The notes: generated from the letters alone by a model not told the origin. 60,486 bases of DNA from a virus (IMGVR_UViG_3300037846_000086:1-60486); one strand, 5' to 3'. Shown: positions 17,088-26,801, numbered from the stretch's first letter. Made by a program: numbers and translations.

Positions 17088-18974
17088 ATGGCAACCGCCG
17101 CCCCGCAATCGCCAGAATCGCCGACCTCCCATCGGCTGATCGTTCCCTACAATCGAGCCATCCCCTCGACCGTGCTGCCCAAGAAAGACTTGGAAGCCAT
17201 CGCTGGCGAAGCCTGCCAGCAGCGCGAGACCATGCGGATGGCCGTGCTCAACACGACGATCCGCGAGGCCACACTGAACGACAAAGAGCGCGCGCCGATC
17301 ATCGCCGTCATTAACACGGCGGACATCGACCGCTACCAGTCGATCGTGGACCCGACCGGTGGCGACTTCGACAACTACCTTGAAAACCCGATCGTCCTCT
17401 GGCAACATGGCCTGGACTTCTCCGGGAGCTGGCCGGTTGGCCGTACGCTTCAGCTCGACAAGGGCACCAAGGAAGTCGAGGCCCACGTCGAGTTCGATAT
17501 GGAAGGCTCACTGGGGGCCGAGCTGGACCGGCTCTATCGTCAGAAGTGGCTGCGAGGTTTTTCGGTCGGCTTCATCCCGATCAGCTACGAAATCGAGCTG
17601 CTCGACGGCGTGCATATTCTCCGCTACACGGCCTGGGAACTGGCGGAGCTGTCGGCCGTGGCCGTGCCGGGCAATGCCAAGGCCCTGGCTCGGGCGATGC
17701 AGGGCGGCGAGGTCATGCTATCGACGGCCGATCTGAAGTCGTACCTCGAGCGCACGATGGACAAACTCGACGTGCAGGTTGACAAGCCGGCTCCGGCCAA
17801 GCCTCGCAACGGCAAGCCGGCGGCCGTCGGCAAGCTTCGCGAAGCCCTGGCGGCTGCCAAGCCGGGCGTGGCCGAGAATCGCGGGCTCACGCTGGCGATG
17901 AGCGATCTGACGCCCAGTGAGCTGGACGATTTGTGCGATTACCTGAATGGCGACATGAGCTTACCCGGTGACGACACCGGCCGAGCCGCTCCGCCGGCCA
18001 CGGCGACTACCGACCCTAAGAGCCCGAGCGATGACGAGGCCGACGAGGAAGTCGGCGGTGGTCCTGCGAACAAGCCCGGTGCCCAGAAGAAACCGGTTCC
18101 GGCCAACACGCGAGCCCAATTCCCGATCGAGTGGAACGCCGCCTGGCGGCTGGCCGACGAGATGGCCGCGGCCGGCGGCAACTTCGAAGTCATGCGAGCC
18201 ATGGCGGCCCATACTCAGCTTTCGCAAGAGGGCTCCGTTCGGTTTATGCTGGTCCATCATCATTGCGACGGTCGTTTGAGCTGGCGCGGGCTGGCCGAGG
18301 CCATGGCGCGGCTACTATGCGAACCGATCAACTTGGACGCGGCTGAGAAAGACGCGATCTATCGGCACTTGGCCGAGCACTACGAACAGCTCGGCATTGC
18401 CGCTCCGGACCCCGGCGCCAAGACGCCCGACGCCGCCTACGAGCTGGCCGTCGAAGGCCGGATTGCCTTGGTCGACGCTGCTGACTATGCCTGGTTGTAT
18501 GACGACGCCGAAGAGGTCGAAGGCCGCAAGGCGCCGCGGTTCGCCCGCTGCGATGAGCCAGCCACGCTCCGCGTCGGACATTTCCCGCCGGTCGGACGCT
18601 GCACCGATCCGAGGATGTGGGGCAAGCGATCGGTTGGCCGGCCGCCACGCGACGAGTCGCTGCTGGAGGACTTGGCAACCACGCAACGAGCATTGAAGGA
18701 GCTGCTCGAATCCCGCAAGGGAGCCGAGTTCAGCACGAAAAACAAAGCGAAGGTTCGCGACATGGCCAAGCAGATGGAAGGCCACGCCGACGAGCTGCAT
18801 TCGCGAGCGAGCAGTATGAAAGAGATGGCTGGCAGCATGCGAGGCATGATCGAAGACCAGAAGGACGACACCAGTAAGGGCGCCAGCGGCCACGAAAATC
18901 GTGGCGACCGCGGCCCGGCAGGTTCCGCCGCTTCCTCTTCGCAAGTTGGCACAGGATTTAAGCGGCCGTTGTGA
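17088..18974 (+). CDS. HK97-family prohead protease with long C-terminal extension
   Basis: NPIVLWQH, GFSVGF and ELSAVAVPGN catalytic motifs; RBS AAGGAGG. Confidence 0.9.
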   Translation: MATAAPQSPESPTSHRLIVPYNRAIPSTVLPKKDLEAIAGEACQQRETMRMAVLNTTIREATLNDKERAPIIAVINTADIDRYQSIVDPTGGDFDNYLENPIVLWQHGLDFSGSWPVGRTLQLDKGTKEVEAHVEFDMEGSLGAELDRLYRQKWLRGFSVGFIPISYEIELLDGVHILRYTAWELAELSAVAVPGNAKALARAMQGGEVMLSTADLKSYLERTMDKLDVQVDKPAPAKPRNGKPAAVGKLREALAAAKPGVAENRGLTLAMSDLTPSELDDLCDYLNGDMSLPGDDTGRAAPPATATTDPKSPSDDEADEEVGGGPANKPGAQKKPVPANTRAQFPIEWNAAWRLADEMAAAGGNFEVMRAMAAHTQLSQEGSVRFMLVHHHCDGRLSWRGLAEAMARLLCEPINLDAAEKDAIYRHLAEHYEQLGIAAPDPGAKTPDAAYELAVEGRIALVDAADYAWLYDDAEEVEGRKAPRFARCDEPATLRVGHFPPVGRCTDPRMWGKRSVGRPPRDESLLEDLATTQRALKELLESRKGAEFSTKNKAKVRDMAKQMEGHADELHSRASSMKEMAGSMRGMIEDQKDDTSKGASGHENRGDRGPAGSAASSSQVGTGFKRPL

Positions 18975-19035
18975 GCCGCAAGCCTGTGCCGCGATAAGAG
19001 GTTGTATTTCCGAAACCTGAACTAAGGAGCCAAGG

Positions 19036-20352
19036 ATGGCTACCGCATACGAATGGCCTACCGCGGGCCAACAAAACCGCGGCGCCGCTGGCGGAACGCC
19101 GCCGGCCGTGATTCCTCCGAAGACAACGGCCGACGAGAAGGAACGTAATCTGGCGGCCACCGATCCGGCCGCGTTGCAAGAGAGCCTCCGCGCCATCGTC
19201 GGCGACGTCATCGCCGCGCAGATGCGCGAGCACATGACCAAACTCTACGCCGAGGCCGGCATCGATAAGGTCGATCGATCGTACTTGCATTTCCCGGAAG
19301 CCAAGCGGACGTACTCGGGCCAAGACCTGACAGACCGCCGCGGCTGGGAAATCCCCGAGATTCGCCAGCACCGCTTGCACCTGCTCGGCGGCTGGTTCCG
19401 GACCGCGCTGTTTTCGCAGGGCGGCATCTCGGCGTCGGCGTTGAATTTGAACGTCGGCAGCGAGTTGAGCGAGGGGATGGTGCGCGCGTTGTCCACGACG
19501 GACACCGAGGGCGGCTACCTGATCCCGCCGGGATTCATTCCCGAGATCACTCGGGACATCCCGAAGCTCAGTATGCTCTACAAGTATGTTCGGAACATTC
19601 CGGTTCCCGGCAACACGGGCGTTATGCCGAAGGTCGGCACCAACGCGCGAGTCTTCTGGGGTACGGAAGGCCAGAACATCCAGCAAGGCGACCCGGCCTT
19701 TGGGCAGACTCGCTACTCGGTCAACCGCATGAATGCCCTGGTCATGCTGTCGCGAGAAATCGCGCAGGACAGCAACCCGGACATCGTGACGACCGTGGTG
19801 GAGCTGTTCCAGGAGGCCATCATCCGCGAGCGCGACAAAGTGATCGCCATCGGATCTGGCGACGGCCAGCCGGAAGGCTTGTACTCGGCGACCGGGATCA
19901 TCGACCGCACGAGCACGATTACGTCCATCAGCTACACGAACCTCGTCAAGCTCAAGGAAAGCGTCGATCAACGCTACCAGGGGCTGCCGACGTTCCGCTG
20001 GTGGTTCAACCAGAACGTCAAGGCCGCGGTGATGAACGTCCTCGACCAGCGCGGCTTGCCGATTTTCCAATCGGCCACGATGACCGAGCCTGGCCTATTG
20101 CTCGGCGTGCCGTATTCGGTCGAGCACTCCTTCCCCGACAACTACATCGGGATCGGGGCGTTGCAATACTACATCTGGTTCGACCGCCGCACGATGGGCG
20201 TCGAGCGGACGACCGAAGGCGGCGACGCCTTCATCAATCACCAGATGTGGATCAAGTTCTTCGAGCGCGTGGATGGGAAGGTGGCTCTGCCGCCGACCGT
20301 GCCGATGGCGCACTCGAAGGGACTCGTGGGAGTGGTGGACCTCGGAACCTGA
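19036..20352 (+). CDS. major capsid protein, HK97 fold
   Basis: GGYLIP, SREIAQDS, GSGDGQPEGL, LLGVPY, ERVDG motifs. Confidence 0.93.
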   Translation: MATAYEWPTAGQQNRGAAGGTPPAVIPPKTTADEKERNLAATDPAALQESLRAIVGDVIAAQMREHMTKLYAEAGIDKVDRSYLHFPEAKRTYSGQDLTDRRGWEIPEIRQHRLHLLGGWFRTALFSQGGISASALNLNVGSELSEGMVRALSTTDTEGGYLIPPGFIPEITRDIPKLSMLYKYVRNIPVPGNTGVMPKVGTNARVFWGTEGQNIQQGDPAFGQTRYSVNRMNALVMLSREIAQDSNPDIVTTVVELFQEAIIRERDKVIAIGSGDGQPEGLYSATGIIDRTSTITSISYTNLVKLKESVDQRYQGLPTFRWWFNQNVKAAVMNVLDQRGLPIFQSATMTEPGLLLGVPYSVEHSFPDNYIGIGALQYYIWFDRRTMGVERTTEGGDAFINHQMWIKFFERVDGKVALPPTVPMAHSKGLVGVVDLGT

Positions 20353-20445
20353 TCCCTGCTAAGCTTCGGCCGTGGGCGTCAAGGAAACGAGACGCGCTGA
20401 GCAGGGATGACTCGGTTGGCCAAGAATGGCCGCTGCGGAACGAAA

Positions 20446-20484
20446 GGGGCGGCGTGGACGGGAAGCCGCGCCGCCCTGTTTTTT
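20446..20484 (+). terminator. rho-independent terminator after capsid gene
   Basis: GGGCGGCGTGG/CCGCGCCGCCC stem followed by TGTTTTTT. Confidence 0.75.
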
Positions 20485-20496
20485 GGAGGGTTGCGA

Positions 20497-20901
20497 ATGA
20501 TCGGACTGAAATACCTGATCGGCATGCGCGGCGGCGTGGCGCCACCGCAGCGCGACCTGGGCTATACGAAGTGCGCCGTGCTCAAAGATCATTTCATCCA
20601 GCATGCCGAGTGGCAGCAGCACGTCAAAGCCGGCACGAATATCGAACTGCCGCGCGTCGTGGCCCTCGACATGCAGAAGGAGGGAGTTGTGGCCATCAAT
20701 GATCCGTTTCAACGACCGACGATGCTTCCCAATCGAGCCGGGCGCCCCGGTGTCTATGGCGCAGGAGGAACGAATGTCACTCCACCAACCGCACCCGCCG
20801 GAGCCGCGGGTGGCCCTGGACATAGTGACGCCGACGCGCAACCGCTTCCGGGAGCTGGTGGAGCAAGCCCGAAGGCTGGCCCTCCAACTGTCCGATCTTG
20901 A
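20497..20901 (+). CDS. hypothetical protein (possible capsid-associated protein)
   Basis: RBS GGAGG; C-terminus overlaps the next gene by ~128 nt. Confidence 0.5.
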   Translation: MIGLKYLIGMRGGVAPPQRDLGYTKCAVLKDHFIQHAEWQQHVKAGTNIELPRVVALDMQKEGVVAINDPFQRPTMLPNRAGRPGVYGAGGTNVTPPTAPAGAAGGPGHSDADAQPLPGAGGASPKAGPPTVRS

Positions 20902-21610
20902 CCGCTGGATCATCGTAGACGATGCCAGCGGCGTGGATTTCAATATTCACGATCTGGTATCGGTGCTCGGCAGCGCGAAGCAACTCACCTTCACGGCCCT
21001 GAGCTACGACCGCCGTGGTTGGGTCGGGACCGTGAACATGGCTAGGCATGCCGGCTGCTCGCTGGCTCGGCGTGGTTCGTGGATTGTCGAACTCGACGAC
21101 CACGACTGGCTGCATCCCGGCGCGCTGGAGCGCATCCGCACGGCCATCCTGGAAGGGGCCAGTTGTATTTATGGCGACGTGCAGCTCACGAGCGCACGTG
21201 GCCCTGGTGAAATCTTCCGGAAGCCGGACTACCGCCCTTGGCTACTGCGGGATGAGATGTGCCCGACGGCCGGCGTGCGGGCCTACCCGGCCGGCCTGTA
21301 CCATCTCGTGGGCGGCTACCGCTGGGACGGCGAGGTCAAGGTCCACGGCTGCGAATTTCCGGCCGGCGACTACGGGCTGTTTATGCGGATGGAGGAAGTG
21401 CTCGACGGCACCGGCTTCAAACGCGTCCCGGAAGTGCTCTGCGATCAGCCGAAGGTTCCGGATGGCATCAGCATGCGGAACGTGGACGCTCAGGAGAAAA
21501 TGGCCCGGGCTCTGCGGCGCGAGGCGCACGCCGGCACATTGCTGGGTATGAAGGTCACGAGTTGGGAGCTTGAGCCGGTTGCTGTTTCCGAGGACACCGC
21601 TGCGCACTAG
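20774..21610 (+). CDS. glycosyltransferase family 2-like
   Basis: IVTPTRNR, IIVDDAS, ELDDHD (DxD), GGYR, GDYGLFMR; RBS AGGAGGA. Confidence 0.8.
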   Translation: MSLHQPHPPEPRVALDIVTPTRNRFRELVEQARRLALQLSDLDRWIIVDDASGVDFNIHDLVSVLGSAKQLTFTALSYDRRGWVGTVNMARHAGCSLARRGSWIVELDDHDWLHPGALERIRTAILEGASCIYGDVQLTSARGPGEIFRKPDYRPWLLRDEMCPTAGVRAYPAGLYHLVGGYRWDGEVKVHGCEFPAGDYGLFMRMEEVLDGTGFKRVPEVLCDQPKVPDGISMRNVDAQEKMARALRREAHAGTLLGMKVTSWELEPVAVSEDTAAH

Positions 21611-21684
21611 CCTACCTGGACAGTGCCATGTTAAGTTATCTGGTCGGTGAACTTCAGCGCGAGCAGCATGCCAGGGACGGCGAA

Positions 21685-22809
21685 ATGAACAACGATCACA
21701 ACCAGCCGCGAGTTCACTGGGTTACGTCCTATGTAGGGATTGGCAGCTCGTACGGCTATCACGTGCATGACTCCAAAGCCCGCGAAGCGTTCGTAGCGGC
21801 CGGTGGCGAACTGGACGACGATTCGCCTGTGGCCTTTCACGTCACACCGCCGCACCAATTCAAGCCGGTACAAGGCAAGCTCAACGTCGCCTACTGTGCC
21901 TGGGAGAGCGAACAACTCCCAGCGTTGTTCGGGGCCAAGCTGCGCGACGTAGACCTACTGCTCGTGCCGGCTCAATTTCTCAAGGCCCCATTCGAAGCCA
22001 TGCTGCCAGGCGTGCCGGTCGAGGTCGTGCCGCTCGGCGTCGATAGTGAGACCTTCAGCTACGTCAACCGGATGGAGTCTTGCCGGCGGCCGAACTTCCG
22101 GCCGCGTCCACGAGGGACGCCGTTCCGGTTCCTGTACGTCGGCGCTGCCAGCGATCGCAAGTTCAACCCGCAACTACTGGAGACAATCGGCAAGGCCTTC
22201 GGGACAAGCGGACGCATCCAGGAAGCGGCGACCGTCGGAGACCGCGAGCTGACGGCCTTCGACCGCTACGCGGCTGCCGGCTGCGAGATTTACATGAAGG
22301 TCACACAGCAGGGTAGCCAGAAGTACATCGCCGATCAGCATATGATCTGGGACGAGCGGCGGCTGCCGACGCCGGAACTCGTCAAGCTGTACCACAAGGC
22401 GCATGCGTTCATTTTCCCGACGCTCGGCGAGGGGTTCGGGCTCTCCCTGGCCGAATCGCTGGCTACCGGGCTGCCGGCGATCTACACGCCGGCCACGGCC
22501 TGTCTCGACCTGTTGCCGCTGGAGCTTGACGCCGGCTATCCGCTGAAATTCGAGCGGCACCCGCAACACTGGCGCTGGCCGAGCGTGGATGGTGAAGGGA
22601 CCGAGATGGCCGTCGAGGTCGAGGCCCCGGTTGTGACACCGCAGTCGCTCGTTGAGCGGATGCTGGACGTGATGGAAGACTACCCGCTGGCCGTGAACCG
22701 AGCGACCAAAGCGGCCCGCTATGTATCCACCCAATTCACCTGGCGGAAGTGCGGCCAACGGCTGGTCAGCATTATCGCTAACTTGCCCCAGAAGGTAGGT
22801 GCCTTGTGA
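21685..22809 (+). CDS. glycosyltransferase family 4 (GT-B)
   Basis: VPLGVD, FRFLYVG...RK, FPTLGEGFGLSLAESLATGLPAI (E-x7-E). Confidence 0.88.
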   Translation: MNNDHNQPRVHWVTSYVGIGSSYGYHVHDSKAREAFVAAGGELDDDSPVAFHVTPPHQFKPVQGKLNVAYCAWESEQLPALFGAKLRDVDLLLVPAQFLKAPFEAMLPGVPVEVVPLGVDSETFSYVNRMESCRRPNFRPRPRGTPFRFLYVGAASDRKFNPQLLETIGKAFGTSGRIQEAATVGDRELTAFDRYAAAGCEIYMKVTQQGSQKYIADQHMIWDERRLPTPELVKLYHKAHAFIFPTLGEGFGLSLAESLATGLPAIYTPATACLDLLPLELDAGYPLKFERHPQHWRWPSVDGEGTEMAVEVEAPVVTPQSLVERMLDVMEDYPLAVNRATKAARYVSTQFTWRKCGQRLVSIIANLPQKVGAL

Positions 22810-23345
22810 GCCAACGAACCGCCGGCCGCCGGCCATCCACGAGCCAAGCCCCGATTGCCCTGCCAGGTGGCGAAGTGGCCGACGTCCCCGAGGATCTGGA
22901 TGAGGCTATTTTGGAAGAAACCAACGCTCGGCTCCAGTCGATCGACGCTACCAGTCGCGAAACCGCCGCAGACTGCCTGGCAGCCGTCGAAGCCGAACTG
23001 GGGACCAAAGCTGCTGGGCTGGAGATCGTGCCCGTGACGGCCCTGGGCGGAGCGCACAGGGTGCGAAAAGCCGAGCCATCGAACGCGGCTGACGAGCAGG
23101 AACCGGGTTCCGCCAAACCACCGGCAGCCCCGCCCGTCAGTCCGCCGATGGGCCAGCTCGAGGAAGCCGGCGAAAAGGAACTGGCCTGGCTCCGCGAGCA
23201 ACTCAGTCTGGCGGGCGGTCAGATTGCCGAGACGCTGGGCCGGCTGCCGCCGCAGGCGTTGCACAACCCGAACCCGATCTTTTTCCATCTGCGGATGCCG
23301 CCGGCCGTGGCCCGGCTACTGCTGGAAGTAATGGCCAAGGTGTAG
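22806..23345 (+). CDS. hypothetical protein
   Basis: GTGA coupling with the upstream gene. Confidence 0.55.
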   Translation: MSQRTAGRRPSTSQAPIALPGGEVADVPEDLDEAILEETNARLQSIDATSRETAADCLAAVEAELGTKAAGLEIVPVTALGGAHRVRKAEPSNAADEQEPGSAKPPAAPPVSPPMGQLEEAGEKELAWLREQLSLAGGQIAETLGRLPPQALHNPNPIFFHLRMPPAVARLLLEVMAKV

Positions 23346-23366
23346 TTACTGTGGGTGGTCTGATTT

Positions 23367-23391
23367 AATTGCTGCACCGGGTGCAGCAATT
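23367..23391. repeat. perfect 12-bp inverted repeat with 1-nt spacer
   Basis: AATTGCTGCACC-G-GGTGCAGCAATT, followed by CTATCGCT tandem units. Confidence 0.85.
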
Positions 23392-23449
23392 TCTATCTAT
23401 CGCTCTATCGCTCTATCACGACGATACATACAGTTCCAAGGACGGAACA

Positions 23450-24103
23450 ATGGGCGTGCTTGACCCGACGCAACTCGATCCTTTGAAGCGCTACCTGTTC
23501 GGCGTGAATGGCCCGAGCATCAGCACGTATGACGACCTGCTCAAGGACCTGATCGCCAGCGTAAACGATGCCGCCGCCGGGATTATGAACGGCCGGCAGT
23601 TCGGCAACGCGGCTTATACCGAGTTCTACAACGGCAATGGCACCGACGAGTTGCAGCTCAATCAGTGGCCGATCACGTCGCTCGACGGCGTATGGGTCGA
23701 TCAGTACCGCGTCTTTGCTGATGGTTCTGCGCTCGACCTCGTAAACGACGTCACGTTCGACGCGGAAGCCGGTATTCTCTACTTCATCACGGGCATGTGG
23801 GGCTGGGCCTATGGCCAGCCGTCCGGCTTGCCGATGACCGCCGGCCTGAACCGGCAGGTAATCAAGGTGGCCTACCACGCCGGAATCGCGGCGCCGTTCG
23901 ACGCGCAGGAAGCGGCTCGCTTTTGCGTGGCGGATATGTTCACGCGGTCCGCGCAGCTTGCCGGCGGCCAGAGCCAAAACGAACTCATCACGGAAACGAT
24001 CTACGGCGGACGCAGCGAGCAGTACAAGAGCGAGCTTGATCCCATGTGGGGCATTCCGTCCAAGGCCGTGGCGTGCTTCATGCGATACAGAACCCCAAAC
24101 TAA
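23450..24103 (+). CDS. head-tail connector (gp6/gp15-like)
   Basis: LKRYL...YDDLLKDLI...TEFYNG...LQLNQWPITS...IKVAYHAG...MRYR pattern. Confidence 0.75.
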   Translation: MGVLDPTQLDPLKRYLFGVNGPSISTYDDLLKDLIASVNDAAAGIMNGRQFGNAAYTEFYNGNGTDELQLNQWPITSLDGVWVDQYRVFADGSALDLVNDVTFDAEAGILYFITGMWGWAYGQPSGLPMTAGLNRQVIKVAYHAGIAAPFDAQEAARFCVADMFTRSAQLAGGQSQNELITETIYGGRSEQYKSELDPMWGIPSKAVACFMRYRTPN

Positions 24104-24115
24104 AGGCGATCAATT

Positions 24116-24424
24116 ATGGAAACGGAAGACGTGATTCTGTGGGCACTGCTGCTGTCGCTGCTTGGCTCATTGGCCGCGAACTTTTTTCAATACCGCCTCC
24201 ATACGAAAGCGACCAAGCCGGATAGCAGCGAACTCGTCGAGCTGAAGGCCGAGCTGACCGAGACGCAAGAGCACTGGGATGCTTGCAAGGCCGACGTCGT
24301 TCGGCTGCAAGCTTCGCTCGACGTAGCGAACGAATCGGTCTCCAGGGCCAACGAGACGGCCGTATCGCTACAAGCCAAGATCGACGCGAAGAAACCGAAG
24401 GCCGCAACCAAGAAAAGGAGCTGA
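24116..24424 (+). CDS. membrane-anchored coiled-coil protein (spanin-like?)
   Basis: N-terminal TM helix followed by coiled coil. Confidence 0.5.
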   Translation: METEDVILWALLLSLLGSLAANFFQYRLHTKATKPDSSELVELKAELTETQEHWDACKADVVRLQASLDVANESVSRANETAVSLQAKIDAKKPKAATKKRS

Positions 24425-24427
24425 GCC

Positions 24428-24649
24428 ATGTTCGCACTTCTGGCACCCATTCTCGGGTTGGATATAAGCGGGTTGAACATCGGTCCGCTTGTGATCGCGC
24501 TCGTCATCATCGGTGGCATCCTTGCCATTGGCTATATCGCCATGAAGGCCTTCGGGTGGGCGCCGCCAGGGTGGGCCGTCCAGATGTTTTGGGTGATCGT
24601 CGTCGTGTTCGTTGCCGTTGCTGCGATCAGGCTTTTGATGAGCATGTAG
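24428..24649 (+). CDS. small two-TM membrane protein (holin-like?)
   Basis: Two hydrophobic helices joined by GWAPPGW; RBS AGGAG. Confidence 0.55.
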   Translation: MFALLAPILGLDISGLNIGPLVIALVIIGGILAIGYIAMKAFGWAPPGWAVQMFWVIVVVFVAVAAIRLLMSM

Positions 24650-24672
24650 GCGTGGGGCGGGGCACTGCGACA

Positions 24673-24843
24673 ATGCTTGACGATTCAGACGATGCCGAAG
24701 GCCACGCAAGCCTGATCGCCAACTTGCGGGAAGAAAACAAACGCCTGCGCCAAGTGCTGGCCGAGCGTGACAAGACCATCGAACGCTTACGAACGCAGAT
24801 TGCGGTTCTGCATCATCGCGAGTTCAACCGACGGCGGAGATAG
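24673..24843 (+). CDS. small coiled-coil protein
   Basis: LREENKRLRQVLAERDKTIERLRTQI. Confidence 0.45.
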   Translation: MLDDSDDAEGHASLIANLREENKRLRQVLAERDKTIERLRTQIAVLHHREFNRRRR

Positions 24844-24857
24844 AGGAGACGTTGCAC

Positions 24858-25760
24858 ATGCCAGTCCGACCACGCAGTATCCAACTTTTGTTCGTCGAAG
24901 ACTCTCCGGTCGATCAGAAGTTCTTTTCCGAACTTTTCGCTCGCTCGCCGATCGTTCAGACGAAGATCGACATCGCCGTGAGCCTCAAGGAAGCCGAGCA
25001 GATGCTGGGCGGTGCCGCGAAATACGACGGCGTTCTACTCGATCTGAATCTACCCGATTCGGAGGGGATCGGAACCGTTTCGGCCGTAGTTGCCCTCTGT
25101 GCATTGCATGCGGAGAAACACGGCATGAAGAAATGCCCGGTCATTGTGCTAACCGCCGAAGATGAGCACAAGCGATCGATCGAGGCCGCCGAAGCGGGGG
25201 CCGTTGGCTTCATCTCGAAGGGCACGCTGGCCGGACAGGACGTCATCATCAAGGTTTTCGAGACGCTCGATTGCGGAAATGACGCGGCCAGGGCAATCGA
25301 AACGATTGTTGAAGATTCGCAGATTTTCGATCGTCGATCAATGACGGCGGAGATCGTCAAGACTGGCCGCGAGCTGGAAACGCTGCTGCGTCGCGAGCTG
25401 GACGAGAAATCCGCCTGGCTGATGCAGGTCTTCAATGTGGTTGCCATGGCATTACTGATCGTAGATGAAGACCAAACCGTACGGCTCGCCAACCCCGCCG
25501 CCCACACGATGTTCGAGTATGCTGCCGGCGAATTGATCGGCGTCTCGGTGCATGATCTTGTTGCCGACGAATTATCTGGATCGCACCCTGCCAAAGTCAG
25601 TTCGTGGTTCGACCGGCCTTCTTTTCGACCGATGGGCAGGCTGCTAAAGGGCAAACGCAAAAGCGGCCGCACCTTTCCGTTGACGGCCCAACTCTCGCCG
25701 ATCACGACGGCGCGGACGGTTGCCCTGGCTCAGCTTAGCTACGTGATGGAGCCCGGCTGA
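24858..25760 (+). CDS. response-regulator receiver plus PAS domain protein
   Basis: LLFVEDS, VLLDLNLPDSEG, PVIVLTA, GFISK; PAS IVDED..VRLANPAA..MFEY...ELIG...GKRKSGRTFP. Confidence 0.88.
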   Translation: MPVRPRSIQLLFVEDSPVDQKFFSELFARSPIVQTKIDIAVSLKEAEQMLGGAAKYDGVLLDLNLPDSEGIGTVSAVVALCALHAEKHGMKKCPVIVLTAEDEHKRSIEAAEAGAVGFISKGTLAGQDVIIKVFETLDCGNDAARAIETIVEDSQIFDRRSMTAEIVKTGRELETLLRRELDEKSAWLMQVFNVVAMALLIVDEDQTVRLANPAAHTMFEYAAGELIGVSVHDLVADELSGSHPAKVSSWFDRPSFRPMGRLLKGKRKSGRTFPLTAQLSPITTARTVALAQLSYVMEPG

Positions 25761-26275
25761 TGGAATACTCAATTCTAATTATCGGTGGACTGGTTAACCT
25801 GTTGACGCTTGTAACTGCGTTTGGCGGCGGCGTTTGGTATCTCGTCAGGCTCCGGGATAAAACAAGGGAAGCTTCCAGGCTGATCGATGAGAGGCTCAAT
25901 AAGAACGAAGCGGAGCGGCAGAAGCTTCGTGACGACATCAACATGGTCCTGGAAATCCTGGTTGATACCGGGCATGCGCCGGCGTTAGCCAAGGGCTGGC
26001 TGGTGCGAAAGAGCCCGGTCAAGTTGACGGCAGAAGGGCGCGAAGCCTTAGCGCCTTTCATCCAGCAACTTCGTGACTTCTACCGGAGCTGCGGGATTGC
26101 GATGAGCGACGTTGATCTCTTTCGGGAGGTCTATAAGCGTTTCGGCAGGGAAATCAAGGAGAAGGTTTGCGACCCCCAGAACGAGCCTACGCTGAGCGGG
26201 ATGGCGCTGGCGATGACCCTTATGCGAGAGCAAGAGCCTCACGAGCCATCTCCGCCGGATGAACCAACGCCGTGA
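25760..26275 (+). CDS. membrane-anchored hypothetical protein
   Basis: TGATG coupling; N-terminal TM helix plus coiled coil. Confidence 0.6.
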   Translation: MEYSILIIGGLVNLLTLVTAFGGGVWYLVRLRDKTREASRLIDERLNKNEAERQKLRDDINMVLEILVDTGHAPALAKGWLVRKSPVKLTAEGREALAPFIQQLRDFYRSCGIAMSDVDLFREVYKRFGREIKEKVCDPQNEPTLSGMALAMTLMREQEPHEPSPPDEPTP

Positions 26276-26277
26276 CG

Positions 26278-26306
26278 TTGCTTGCCGAGCCGGAAACTAG
26301 TAGTAT
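26278..26306 (+). promoter_or_regulatory. sigma70-like promoter
   Basis: TTGCTT-17nt-TAGTAT. Confidence 0.45.
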
Positions 26307-26336
26307 TTTCTCACAACACCACGGAAGGAAATCCCT

Positions 26337-26801
26337 ATGGCTGACGACCCCACCACAAAGCAACTCGTTGACGGACTGATCGATCAGATCGATGCCCTGC
26401 GCCAACAGGCGACAGCCGCAAACGCGACGCTCGGGCAGGACATGCAGAACCTGGGAAACCTCCAGGGCACGGCGGCTCCGCTTGACGCAGCGGTGCAGAA
26501 GGCCCAGCAGGACCTCGACGCGGCGACGGCCAACGTGGCGGCCGTGCAGACCCAAGGGACCGCTTCGGTACAGGCCGCGCAGTCGGCAGCCGACGCGGCG
26601 AACAAGGCCGCGCAGGACGCGGTGACGGCCGCCCAAACGACTCTGCAAACGGCGCAGCAAGCCGCCGCTCAAACGGATGCCTCCCTGGCGTCGGCTCAAT
26701 CGCAGGTGACTGCGGACCAACAAGTCGTGGCGGCAATCGAGGCCCAGATTCCGCCGATTCAGCAGAAAATTCAAGACGCGGTGGCGTCGCTCGATACATA
26801 A
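26337..26801 (+). CDS. Ala/Gln-rich coiled-coil protein
   Basis: RBS AAGGA; heptad-like A/Q/T composition. Confidence 0.7.
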   Translation: MADDPTTKQLVDGLIDQIDALRQQATAANATLGQDMQNLGNLQGTAAPLDAAVQKAQQDLDAATANVAAVQTQGTASVQAAQSAADAANKAAQDAVTAAQTTLQTAQQAAAQTDASLASAQSQVTADQQVVAAIEAQIPPIQQKIQDAVASLDT

